A stretch of 56,686 bases of DNA, from contig UQXT01000001.1 in assembly GCA_900545075.1 (NCBI GenBank), forward strand, positions 1 through 56,686, written 5' to 3'. Below, piece after piece: positions 47,308 to 56,686 of this stretch (position 1 is its first letter; each line of letters starts with the position of its first letter). Both the position numbers and the translations under genes were made by a program. The DNA comes from an uncultured Collinsella sp. Lineage in GTDB: Bacteria > Actinomycetota > Coriobacteriia > Coriobacteriales > Coriobacteriaceae. A model generated the notes under the pieces. It saw only the letters and a program-made list of their open reading frames with translations. It searched no databases and was not told the origin of the DNA.

Positions 47308-49377
47308 ATGTCTTCCCAGATGACGGTTATTATCGCCGGTATCGTGCTGGTTGTGGCTATCGTGGTCGCGCTGGTCATCATGCGTCGCGGCGATTCCCGT
47401 TTTACCTACGATACGCAGCATGGAACGGCCCCGCGCGCCACCGAGGGCGAGGGCAATACCGCGGCGACCGCCTTTAAGGGCCGCTTTTCCATCCTCACCA
47501 CGGGTGTGGGCGCGATGTTCGCGGCGCTTGCCGTCAAGCTGTGGGGCATGCAGATGGTCTCGTCGGACTATTACGAGAAGCAGGCTAATAGCAATCAGAC
47601 GCGCACCGTTACCACACCCGCTGTGCGCGGCCGCATCCTCGACCGCAATGGCGTGGCGCTTGTCCAGAACCGTCCCTCACTTGCTGTCGTGGCCTACCGC
47701 GACCTTGCCGAGGATGAGGTTCTGGTTCGCCATCTTGCCAACGTGCTCGGTATGCCCTACGTGGCGGTGCTGCGCAATATTCAGGACAATTCCGAGGGCG
47801 CTCAGAGCCTGCATACCATCGCGACGGACGTCCGTCGCTCCACGGTTGCCTATATTCAGGAGCACGCCGGCGAGTTCCCGGGCGTCAAGATTGCCGAGCG
47901 TACCGAGCGCCAGTATCCATATGGCGAGACGGCATGCCATATCTTGGGCTATACCGGCACCATTACCTCCGAGCAGCTCGAGGCCCAGAATAAGAAAACC
48001 TCTGGTGATGATGATGCTTCTGCTGGCCGGATTACGTACCAGTCGGGCGATATCGTGGGCCAGGCGGGTGTTGAGAGCTACTACGAAAACCTGCTGCAGG
48101 GTATTCGTGGCGAGCAGACCGTCAAGGTCGATGCCTCGGGCAATGTGACCGGTCAGGCCGGCGCCGTGCCCGCCAAGGCCGGCTCCGACATTAAGCTCAC
48201 GCTCGACCTTAAGATCCAACAGGCCTGTGAGACGGCGCTGGCGAGCGCCATCGAGCTTGCCAAGACCACTGGCTACAGCAATGCCGGCAACGGCGCTGTG
48301 GTGTGTCTCGATCCCAACAATGGCGAGATCCTGGGCATGGCGAGCGAGCCCAAGTTCGATCCGTCCGTCTTTATCGGCGGCGTCTCAAATGACGTGTGGA
48401 CCGAGCTCAATGATGACAAGGGTTCGCACCCGCTGCTCAACCGCGCCATTAGCGGACAGTACATGTCGGCCTCGACCATCAAGCCGCTTTCGGCACTGGC
48501 CGGTCTTGAGTTTGGAACCTACACTTCAACACAGACAACCAACTGCACGGGCTATTGGACGGGCTTGGGCAAGGCTTGGGGCAAGCGCTGCTGGTTGACG
48601 TCTGGCCACGGCACCATGACGCTGCAGTCGGGTATCGCCAACTCGTGCGACCCCGTCTTCTACGACATGGGCAAGGCGTTCTTTTATGACGAGCAACATT
48701 CCGAGGGGCTGCAGGAGGTCTTTCGTCGCTGGGGCCTAGGCAAGACCTGCGGTATCGATCTGCCGAGTGAGGGCGCGGGCCGTATTCCCGATGCCGAGTG
48801 GAAAGAGTCGTACTTTACCGACGCCTCTGCCGAAGACCGCAAGTGGAATGCCGGCGATATGACCAACATCGCCATCGGCCAGGGCGACATTTTGGTGACG
48901 CCTCTGCAGATGGCATGCGCCTACATGGGCCTTGCCAACGGCGGTAAGCAGTACGTGCCTCACGTGTTTTTGTCTGCCGTGTCGCGCGATGGCGACGGCG
49001 ATGCCTATAAGTACAACGGCAAGGGCAAGAAGAAGCGCCTGGAGGCCAAGATCAACAGCGATTCGGATTTGGCTCTTGTTCGCAACGGCATGCACGACGT
49101 GATTTACACGGCATCGACGTCCTTGGCGGCTCACTTTGGCACCCTGACGCCGCAGGTATACGGCAAGTCGGGCACGGGCGAGAAAAGCGGCGAGGACGAA
49201 TACGCGTGGTTTTGCGCCTATGCGCCGGCCGATGATCCCAAGTATGTCATCGCTACTGTCCTGGAGCAGGGCGGCGGTGGCTCAGATACCGCGATGCATG
49301 TCGTGCGCGATGTGCTCGGCGTGATTTATGACGAGCCCGATACCTCTTCGGCCTCGGGCGATTCTTCGGTTCGATAG
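47308..49377 (+). CDS. mrdA: Penicillin-binding protein 2 (class B)
   Basis: RGRILDRNG; STIK, SCD and KSGT catalytic motifs. Confidence 0.93.
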   Translation: MSSQMTVIIAGIVLVVAIVVALVIMRRGDSRFTYDTQHGTAPRATEGEGNTAATAFKGRFSILTTGVGAMFAALAVKLWGMQMVSSDYYEKQANSNQTRTVTTPAVRGRILDRNGVALVQNRPSLAVVAYRDLAEDEVLVRHLANVLGMPYVAVLRNIQDNSEGAQSLHTIATDVRRSTVAYIQEHAGEFPGVKIAERTERQYPYGETACHILGYTGTITSEQLEAQNKKTSGDDDASAGRITYQSGDIVGQAGVESYYENLLQGIRGEQTVKVDASGNVTGQAGAVPAKAGSDIKLTLDLKIQQACETALASAIELAKTTGYSNAGNGAVVCLDPNNGEILGMASEPKFDPSVFIGGVSNDVWTELNDDKGSHPLLNRAISGQYMSASTIKPLSALAGLEFGTYTSTQTTNCTGYWTGLGKAWGKRCWLTSGHGTMTLQSGIANSCDPVFYDMGKAFFYDEQHSEGLQEVFRRWGLGKTCGIDLPSEGAGRIPDAEWKESYFTDASAEDRKWNAGDMTNIAIGQGDILVTPLQMACAYMGLANGGKQYVPHVFLSAVSRDGDGDAYKYNGKGKKKRLEAKINSDSDLALVRNGMHDVIYTASTSLAAHFGTLTPQVYGKSGTGEKSGEDEYAWFCAYAPADDPKYVIATVLEQGGGGSDTAMHVVRDVLGVIYDEPDTSSASGDSSVR

Positions 49378-49386
49378 GAGGTTGCG

Positions 49387-50613
49387 ATGGATTTTTCTCC
49401 GGCGGATCTGTTCCGTTCAACCAAGACCGGCTCTCGCAGCAGCCTGGACCGTGTCAACAAGCAACTTTCGGCCTCGCGCGGCACGTTTCGCCAAAAGGTG
49501 CATATAGGTGTGCTTTTGGCTACAGTGGCGCTCGTCGCCTACGGTGCCATCATTATCTGGTCGGCTTCCCAGTTTAAGGCCGATGCTTCGTTCTCACGCC
49601 ATCTGCTGGGAATTGGTATCGGGGCGATGCTGGCGGTGCTGGTCTGGCGTACCGACCTGCGCGGTATTTCCAATTTCTCGACGGCGTTGCTCGTCATCGA
49701 CCTGATCGTGATCTTCTCGCCCAAGATTCCGGGTCTGTCCTATACGGGCGGTCTGGGCATGACGGGCTGGATCAAGATTCCCGGTATCGGCTTGACATTC
49801 CAGCCGGTTGAGCTTGCCAAGCTCATCACCATCTTCTTTATCGCCACGCTTGGTTCGCAGTACAACGGCCGCATCGATACCGCCCGCGACTACATTAAGC
49901 TCTGCGGCATGCTCTCCGTTCCGTTTTTGGCCGTCGTCGCCATGGGCGACCTGGGTTCGGGCCTGGTCGTGTTGGTGTCGGGTGCCGTTGTGATCTGCAT
50001 GAGCGGTGCGCGCCGCGAATGGGTGCTGTCGACCTTGGCTCTGCTCGTGGGTTTGGTGGCGCTCATCCTGGCGCTCGATTCGGCACTCGATTCTCTTTTG
50101 GGCCACGACGTTTTGATCAAGCAGTACCAGATGAACCGACTGACCGTCTTTATCGACCCCGATAATGCCGATTCGGACGATGCTTACAACTTGCAGCAAT
50201 CGCTCATCGCGGTTGGATCGGGTGGCTTTTTCGGTAAAGGGCTGGGTCATGCGACGCAGTCTGCCGGTGGCTTTCTGCCCGAGTTCCATACCGACTTCGT
50301 CTTTGCCTTTTTGTCCGAGACCTTTGGCTTCTGCGGCTCCTTTTTGCTCCTGTGCCTCTACGTGCTGCTGATTTTCTCGACGATCCGCGTTGCCTTTAAG
50401 TGCGAGTCTCTGTTCTTGCGCCTATCGTGCGTGGGCATCGTCGGCATGTGGGCGTTCCAGACCTTCGAGAACATCGGCATGTGCATTGGCATGATGCCGA
50501 TTACCGGTATTCCGCTGCCGTTCATTAGCTTCGGTTCGTCCTCGATGATGATCCAGTTGCTGACGGTGGGTATCGTACAATCCATATGGCGGCATCGTTC
50601 GGGCGCCGCGTAA
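49387..50613 (+). CDS. rodA: SEDS peptidoglycan polymerase RodA
   Basis: FQPVELAK, DLGS, PEFHTDFVF and PITGIPLPFISFGSSS motifs. Confidence 0.93.
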   Translation: MDFSPADLFRSTKTGSRSSLDRVNKQLSASRGTFRQKVHIGVLLATVALVAYGAIIIWSASQFKADASFSRHLLGIGIGAMLAVLVWRTDLRGISNFSTALLVIDLIVIFSPKIPGLSYTGGLGMTGWIKIPGIGLTFQPVELAKLITIFFIATLGSQYNGRIDTARDYIKLCGMLSVPFLAVVAMGDLGSGLVVLVSGAVVICMSGARREWVLSTLALLVGLVALILALDSALDSLLGHDVLIKQYQMNRLTVFIDPDNADSDDAYNLQQSLIAVGSGGFFGKGLGHATQSAGGFLPEFHTDFVFAFLSETFGFCGSFLLLCLYVLLIFSTIRVAFKCESLFLRLSCVGIVGMWAFQTFENIGMCIGMMPITGIPLPFISFGSSSMMIQLLTVGIVQSIWRHRSGAA

Positions 50614-50631
50614 CCGCTGGAGGGGTTTGCT

Positions 50632-51561
50632 ATGAAGATTCCCGTGGACAAGCTGACCCGCGTCTTTAAGATGGGCGCGACCACCAAGAAGGATTCCGAC
50701 ACGCCGGTTCGCGTGTCTGTCTACCTCGATTCGTCTGCCTCGCGTTTTTTGGTCGAGACGGTGCGCGATGTCTTCGTGCCACAGACGACGTCGGGCATTG
50801 TGCGCGTTGAGCGCCTGGGGGAGGACCGTATCGTCCCCAAGACCGATACCGATGTGGTGCTGGTGCTTTCGTGCGGGTCTGACCGCCTTGAGAGCGCCGT
50901 GCAGGAACTCGTGATTGCCGGCGCCCCCGTGTGCGTGCTGGCCGAGTCCGCTGTCGAGGTGCCTTTTATCCAGGAGTCCACGCCCATGCTCGGCGCGGTG
51001 GCGGCTACCGATAAGACGTATCTGCTCGAGACGCTTTCCCGCTGGATTCTCGATCGCACGGACAAGGAGACAGCCTTTGCGGCGAACTTTGCCTTTATGC
51101 GCATCGCCGCCGCCAACCGCATCATCACCTCGTGCGCGCTTACCAATATGGCGACGGGCGCGCTGGTGTTTTTGCCGGGGGCCGATTATCCCGTTATGGC
51201 GCTGGCGCAGGTGGGCATGCTCTTTGAACTGGCGGCCATCTTTGGGCGCGGCATTAAGCCCGAGCGTGGCTACGAGGTCGCGGGCGTGCTTGCTGCCGGT
51301 CTGGTGCTCCGCGCCGTCACCCGCGCCCTGGTAAAGCAGACGCCGCATATTGGGTTTGCCGTCAAGGCGCTGACCGCCGCCGCGGGAACCTATGGCATGG
51401 GCCGTGCGCTCGTGTCGCTGTATGAGCGCGACATCGACTACAGCCGTGCCAACGAGGTAGCTGCCGCCACGTTCTCGCGCGTCCGCGACCTGGTGACCAC
51501 GGTTGCCGGCGCTACTCGTCCCATGGGTCCCTTTGAGGACGCATCTGATCTCGCTGCTTAG
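50632..51561 (+). CDS. Hypothetical protein with DUF697-like C-terminal region
   Basis: LPGADYPVMALAQVGMLFELAAIFG resembles the DUF697 core motif. Confidence 0.55.
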   Translation: MKIPVDKLTRVFKMGATTKKDSDTPVRVSVYLDSSASRFLVETVRDVFVPQTTSGIVRVERLGEDRIVPKTDTDVVLVLSCGSDRLESAVQELVIAGAPVCVLAESAVEVPFIQESTPMLGAVAATDKTYLLETLSRWILDRTDKETAFAANFAFMRIAAANRIITSCALTNMATGALVFLPGADYPVMALAQVGMLFELAAIFGRGIKPERGYEVAGVLAAGLVLRAVTRALVKQTPHIGFAVKALTAAAGTYGMGRALVSLYERDIDYSRANEVAAATFSRVRDLVTTVAGATRPMGPFEDASDLAA

Positions 51562-51570
51562 GGGTTTCTT

Positions 51571-53448
51571 TTGCGCGCTGTGTACCAAGACTGTTTTCAT
51601 TTGATTGAGCCCTTGCTCGCCAAGGTCGAAAAGCCGAGTCGCTATATCGACCATGAGTGGGGCACGCTCTCCAAGGCCGATGCCGATTACCGCTGCTGCA
51701 TGATCTACCCTGACGTGTATGAGGTCGGTCTGCCCAACCAGGGCATCGCCATTCTCTATAACATCCTCAATCAGGCCGAGGGCATTTCCTGCGAGCGCGG
51801 CTATGTGCCGTGGCCCGATATGGGCGATGCCATGCGCGAGGCGGGGATTCCGCTGCTGTCGCTCGAGGGCGCGGCGCCTGTGGCCTCGTTCGATATCGTC
51901 GGCATGCATGTGCCGCACGAGATGGCCGTCACCAACTTCCTCGAGGCACTCGACCTCGCCGGCATTCCGCTGCTCGCCGCCGACCGCACCGAGGACGATC
52001 CCATCATCGTCGCCGGTGGTCCCTCGGTCTATAACCCCGAGCCGTATGCGGCCTTCTTCGATGCCATCCTCATTGGCGAGGGTGAGGAGTCGTTGCTCGA
52101 GATCTGTCAGCTGCATCGCCGCTTGCGCGACGAAGGCGTCTCGCGCGCTCAGATTGTCGAGCAGCTCGCGACGGTCGCTGGTACCTATGTGCCGTCTCTG
52201 TATGAGGTGCGCCATGACGAGCCTTGCTCTCCGCACGGCTATACCGTGCCGCGTGAGGGCAAAGACGTCCCGCCGGTGGTCTACAAGCGCGTCGTTGAGG
52301 ACTTTGGCGCTACCAATCCTCTGTCGCAGTCGTGCGTGCCCTACGCACAGCTCGTTCACGACCGCCTGTCTATCGAGATTCTGCGCGGTTGTGCCCGCGG
52401 CTGCCGTTTTTGCCAGGCTGGCATGACCTATCGTCCGGTGCGCGAGCGCTCGGCCGACCAGATTGTGTCCTCGGTGATCCAGGGCCTGCAGAAGACCGGC
52501 TACGACGAGGTGTCGCTCACCTCGCTCTCGACCACCGACCACTCCTGCATCCGCGATGTGCTCGGCAGGCTCAACCGCCGCCTGGAGGATACGGGTATTC
52601 GCGTATCCATTCCCTCACAGCGCCTGGATTCGTTTGGCGTGGATATGGCCGAGTCGGTCGCCGGCGAAAAGAAGGGCGGCCTGACGTTTGCCCCCGAGGC
52701 CGGCAGCCAGCGCATGCGCGACATCATCAACAAGAACGTGACCGAGGAGGACTTGGACCGTGCGGCCAAGGCGGCCTTTGAGGCCGGCTGGAATCGCATG
52801 AAGCTCTACTTTATGATGGGCCTTCCCGGTGAGCGCGACGAGGATATCGTGGCCATCGCCAACCTGGCCGACCACGTGCTCGAGCTCGGCCGCTCCGTGG
52901 TTCCCAAGGCGCGCCGCGGCTCCGTCTCGGTGTCCATCTCGGTGTCGGTGTTTATTCCCAAGGCCGCCACACCCTTCCAATGGTGCCCGCAGCTCGATTA
53001 CGACGACGTCAAGCGCCGTCAGAAGCTCCTCATCACGAGCGTTCGCAACCGTGCGGTCCGCGTGCACTACCACGATGCCGAAACCTCGCTCGTCGAGGCC
53101 GCGCTGTCTCGCGCCGGCCGTGACATGACGCCTGTCATCATCGATGCCTGGCGTGCCGGTTCGCGTTTTGACGCCTGGGTGGAGCATTTTTCGCTCGACA
53201 ACTGGAAGTCGGCTGCGGCCAAAAACGGCATCGATCTCAACGAGCTCGTGCACCTGCCCTACGAACTGGACTGGCGCCTGCCCTGGGAGCACGTGAGCCC
53301 CGGCTGCTCGCGCGGCTTCCTCGAGCGCGAATACCGCCGCTCGTTGGAGGGCGTCACGACGCCCGACTGTACCCGTACCTCGTGCACCGGCTGCGGAATC
53401 TGCCCCACGCTTCATGCCAAGAACGTATTGGTGGGTGATCGCGCATGA
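51571..53448 (+). CDS. TIGR03960-like radical SAM protein
   Basis: KPSRY, YPDVYEVG, RGCARGCRFCQAG (CxxxCxxC), TFAPEAG and a C-terminal Cys cluster. Confidence 0.9.
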   Translation: MRAVYQDCFHLIEPLLAKVEKPSRYIDHEWGTLSKADADYRCCMIYPDVYEVGLPNQGIAILYNILNQAEGISCERGYVPWPDMGDAMREAGIPLLSLEGAAPVASFDIVGMHVPHEMAVTNFLEALDLAGIPLLAADRTEDDPIIVAGGPSVYNPEPYAAFFDAILIGEGEESLLEICQLHRRLRDEGVSRAQIVEQLATVAGTYVPSLYEVRHDEPCSPHGYTVPREGKDVPPVVYKRVVEDFGATNPLSQSCVPYAQLVHDRLSIEILRGCARGCRFCQAGMTYRPVRERSADQIVSSVIQGLQKTGYDEVSLTSLSTTDHSCIRDVLGRLNRRLEDTGIRVSIPSQRLDSFGVDMAESVAGEKKGGLTFAPEAGSQRMRDIINKNVTEEDLDRAAKAAFEAGWNRMKLYFMMGLPGERDEDIVAIANLADHVLELGRSVVPKARRGSVSVSISVSVFIPKAATPFQWCPQLDYDDVKRRQKLLITSVRNRAVRVHYHDAETSLVEAALSRAGRDMTPVIIDAWRAGSRFDAWVEHFSLDNWKSAAAKNGIDLNELVHLPYELDWRLPWEHVSPGCSRGFLEREYRRSLEGVTTPDCTRTSCTGCGICPTLHAKNVLVGDRA

Positions 53449-54257
53449 GTGAGCGCCTGACCGACAACCCCACGCTCTTTAGGCTTCGCGTTCGCTATGG
53501 CAAGCGCGACCGTCTTAAGTACCTGGGCCATCTCGAAGTGATTCATACCATTGAGCGCATCGTGCGTCGCGCGGGGCTGCCCTATGCCGTGACGCAGGGC
53601 TTCTCTCCGCACATGCGCGTGGGCTTTTCGTCGGCGCTGCCGGTGGGCACGTCGTCGACTTGCGAGTGGTATGACCTGTTTATGACCGAGTTCGTCGCAC
53701 TCGACGAGGCGTTTGGGCGCCTGGCTGCTGCCTCTCCGGCCGATCTGGCCCCCATCGAGGCCGCCTACATCGACGTGCGCACGCCGGCGCTGACGGCGCA
53801 ACTCACGCGTCTGTCGTACCGTATCGACCTACACTTGGACGCCGAAGCACCCGTGAGCGCCGATGAGGTGCGCGCTGCGATCGACACGTTGCGTGCAGGC
53901 CATGGCATCGACTACGCACGCGGTAAGAAGAGCAAGCGCCTAGACCTTGACCACACACTGGTGGGCTATGAGCTCACGGCAGGGGAGCGCCCGGACCATC
54001 TGGTGCTCATGCTCGACACCCATGCCGATAATGAGGGCTCCATGCGTCCGGAAATTTTGCTTTCTGCCGCTGATGTTTTGTTGCAGGGCTTGACCCCGGG
54101 CGTCGATGCACCTATTGTTTCCACCGGTATGCAAGACCTCGTGACCATCTGCTCCTACGATGTCGAGCGTCAGAATCAAGCATGCGAGGACGACGAGGGC
54201 CGACTCGTCAGCCCCATACCTGTGCGAACTTGTGGATTTGCTCCACATACTCGTTGA
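53445..54257 (+). CDS. TIGR03936/DUF2344 radical SAM-linked protein
   Basis: KYLGHLE...RRAGLP...QGFSPH...ALPVG; ATGA overlap with the radical SAM gene. Confidence 0.88.
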   Translation: MSERLTDNPTLFRLRVRYGKRDRLKYLGHLEVIHTIERIVRRAGLPYAVTQGFSPHMRVGFSSALPVGTSSTCEWYDLFMTEFVALDEAFGRLAAASPADLAPIEAAYIDVRTPALTAQLTRLSYRIDLHLDAEAPVSADEVRAAIDTLRAGHGIDYARGKKSKRLDLDHTLVGYELTAGERPDHLVLMLDTHADNEGSMRPEILLSAADVLLQGLTPGVDAPIVSTGMQDLVTICSYDVERQNQACEDDEGRLVSPIPVRTCGFAPHTR

Positions 54258-54282
54258 CGGGGGTATTATCGCCTGCTACTAT
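54254..54282 (+). promoter_or_regulatory. Sigma70 promoter of rplU-rpmA
   Basis: TTGACG-17 bp-TACTAT with TG extended -10. Confidence 0.75.
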
Positions 54283-54324
54283 ATTCGGCTGTTGCACTAA
54301 CTGATGCATGAAGGGCAAGTAAAC

Positions 54325-54699
54325 ATGTACGCAATCGTTAACACGGGCGGCAAGCAGTACAAGGTCGCCACCGACGATGTCATCACCGTCGAGAAGATCG
54401 AGGGCAATGAGGGCGACAAGATCACCCTGCCGGTTATCTTCCTCAACGATGGTAAGAAGATCGTCACCGATCCCGACAAGCTGGCCAAGGCCAAGGTTAC
54501 CGCTCAGATCGTTGAGCAGTTCAAGGGCGAGAAGCAGCTGGTCTTCAAGTTCCACAAGCGCAAGCGCTATCGTCGTCTGAAGGGTCACCGTCAGCAGCTC
54601 ACCAAGCTGAAGATCGTGAAGGTTCAGGCTACCTCCCGCGCCAAGAAGGCTGTCAAGGCAGAGGCTGAGGCTGTTGCCGAGGCTCCCGTCGCCGAGTAG
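54325..54699 (+). CDS. rplU: 50S ribosomal protein L21
   Basis: MYAIVNTGGKQYKV...KGHRQ. Confidence 0.97.
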   Translation: MYAIVNTGGKQYKVATDDVITVEKIEGNEGDKITLPVIFLNDGKKIVTDPDKLAKAKVTAQIVEQFKGEKQLVFKFHKRKRYRRLKGHRQQLTKLKIVKVQATSRAKKAVKAEAEAVAEAPVAE

Positions 54700-54732
54700 A
54701 TTACACTCGTAACGAAAGAGTAGGTATACACA

Positions 54733-54990
54733 ATGGCACACAAAAAAGGACTCGGTTCCTCCCGTAATGGCCGTGACTCCCGCGGTCAGCGCCTTGGCAC
54801 GAAGCGCTATGCCGGCCAGACGGTAACCACGGGCACGATTCTCGTCCGTCAGCACGGCACGCACATCCACCCGGGTGAGAACGTTGGCCGTGGCAAGGAC
54901 GACACGCTGTTCGCGCTGGTCGACGGTACCGTTGAGTTCCACAAGGGTATCAAGCACAGGGTCAGCGTACGCCCGCTCGCGAACGCGTAA
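54733..54990 (+). CDS. rpmA: 50S ribosomal protein L27
   Basis: [16 protein letters not shown]. Confidence 0.98.
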   Translation: MAHKKGLGSSRNGRDSRGQRLGTKRYAGQTVTTGTILVRQHGTHIHPGENVGRGKDDTLFALVDGTVEFHKGIKHRVSVRPLANA

Positions 54991-55015
54991 TTCACCCTTC
55001 ATAGAGCACATATGT

Positions 55016-55059
55016 GGGAGGCACTTGAGTTTTAGGATTCAAGGGTCTCCCTCTTTTTT
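55016..55059 (+). terminator. Terminator-like hairpin between rpmA and obgE
   Basis: GGGAGGCACTTGAGT...ATTCAAGGGTCTCCC followed by TCTTTTTT. Confidence 0.6.
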
Positions 55060-55063
55060 GTAG

Positions 55064-56563
<1,500 letters not shown>

Positions 56564-56566
56564 GCC

Positions 56567-56686
56567 ATGTCGCTGCGCGGTGGAATCGGATTGCCTGAAC
56601 TTCCCATCAAGGATGGGCAGGAGTTTCGGCTCGGCATTATGGGTGGCACCTTTGATCCGATTCATTACGGTCACCTGGTGACTGCC
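56567..56686 (+). CDS. nadD: Nicotinate-nucleotide adenylyltransferase, 5' part only
   Basis: MSLRGG...[17 protein letters not shown] runs off the window end. Confidence 0.9.
   Translation, partial: MSLRGGIGLPELPIKDGQEFRLGIMGGTFDPIHYGHLVTA

Noticed and set aside
54699..54733. Missing prp (ysxB) between rplU and rpmA
   Set aside because: Expected, because L27 begins MAHKK with no cleavable extension.

Overview
High-GC bacterial chromosome segment; gene content and order suggest Coriobacteriia (Collinsella-like), which is an inference. About 1-29.6 kb is a compositionally mosaic cell-surface glycan locus. It holds three cell-wall/choline-binding-repeat enzymes (C39-like, NlpC/P60, YkuD), choline genes (licB-like, an HTH-LicC-LicA fusion, licD-like), several glycosyltransferases, a Wzx-like flippase, a GT2+DUF2304 pair, a DUF2142-like GT-C protein, rmlA/rmlB/rmlC-D and wzm/wzt. 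It also carries one intact IS256 with an 8-bp TSD and one inverted IS256 remnant. An AT-richer two-gene cassette splits rmlA from rmlB: a DUF4869-like protein with an ABC signature motif plus a P-loop ATPase with a TOPRIM-like C-terminus. This is the best candidate for an undescribed, possibly anti-phage, system. About 29.6-38.5 kb is a complete shikimate/Phe/Tyr operon bracketed by two tRNA-Arg genes. About 38.6-56.7 kb is housekeeping: P-type ATPase, zinc-ribbon protein, cyclophilin, TPR protein, mreBCD-pbp2-rodA, a radical SAM pair, rplU-rpmA-obgE and the start of nadD. All family assignments come from motif recognition by eye, not from database searches.
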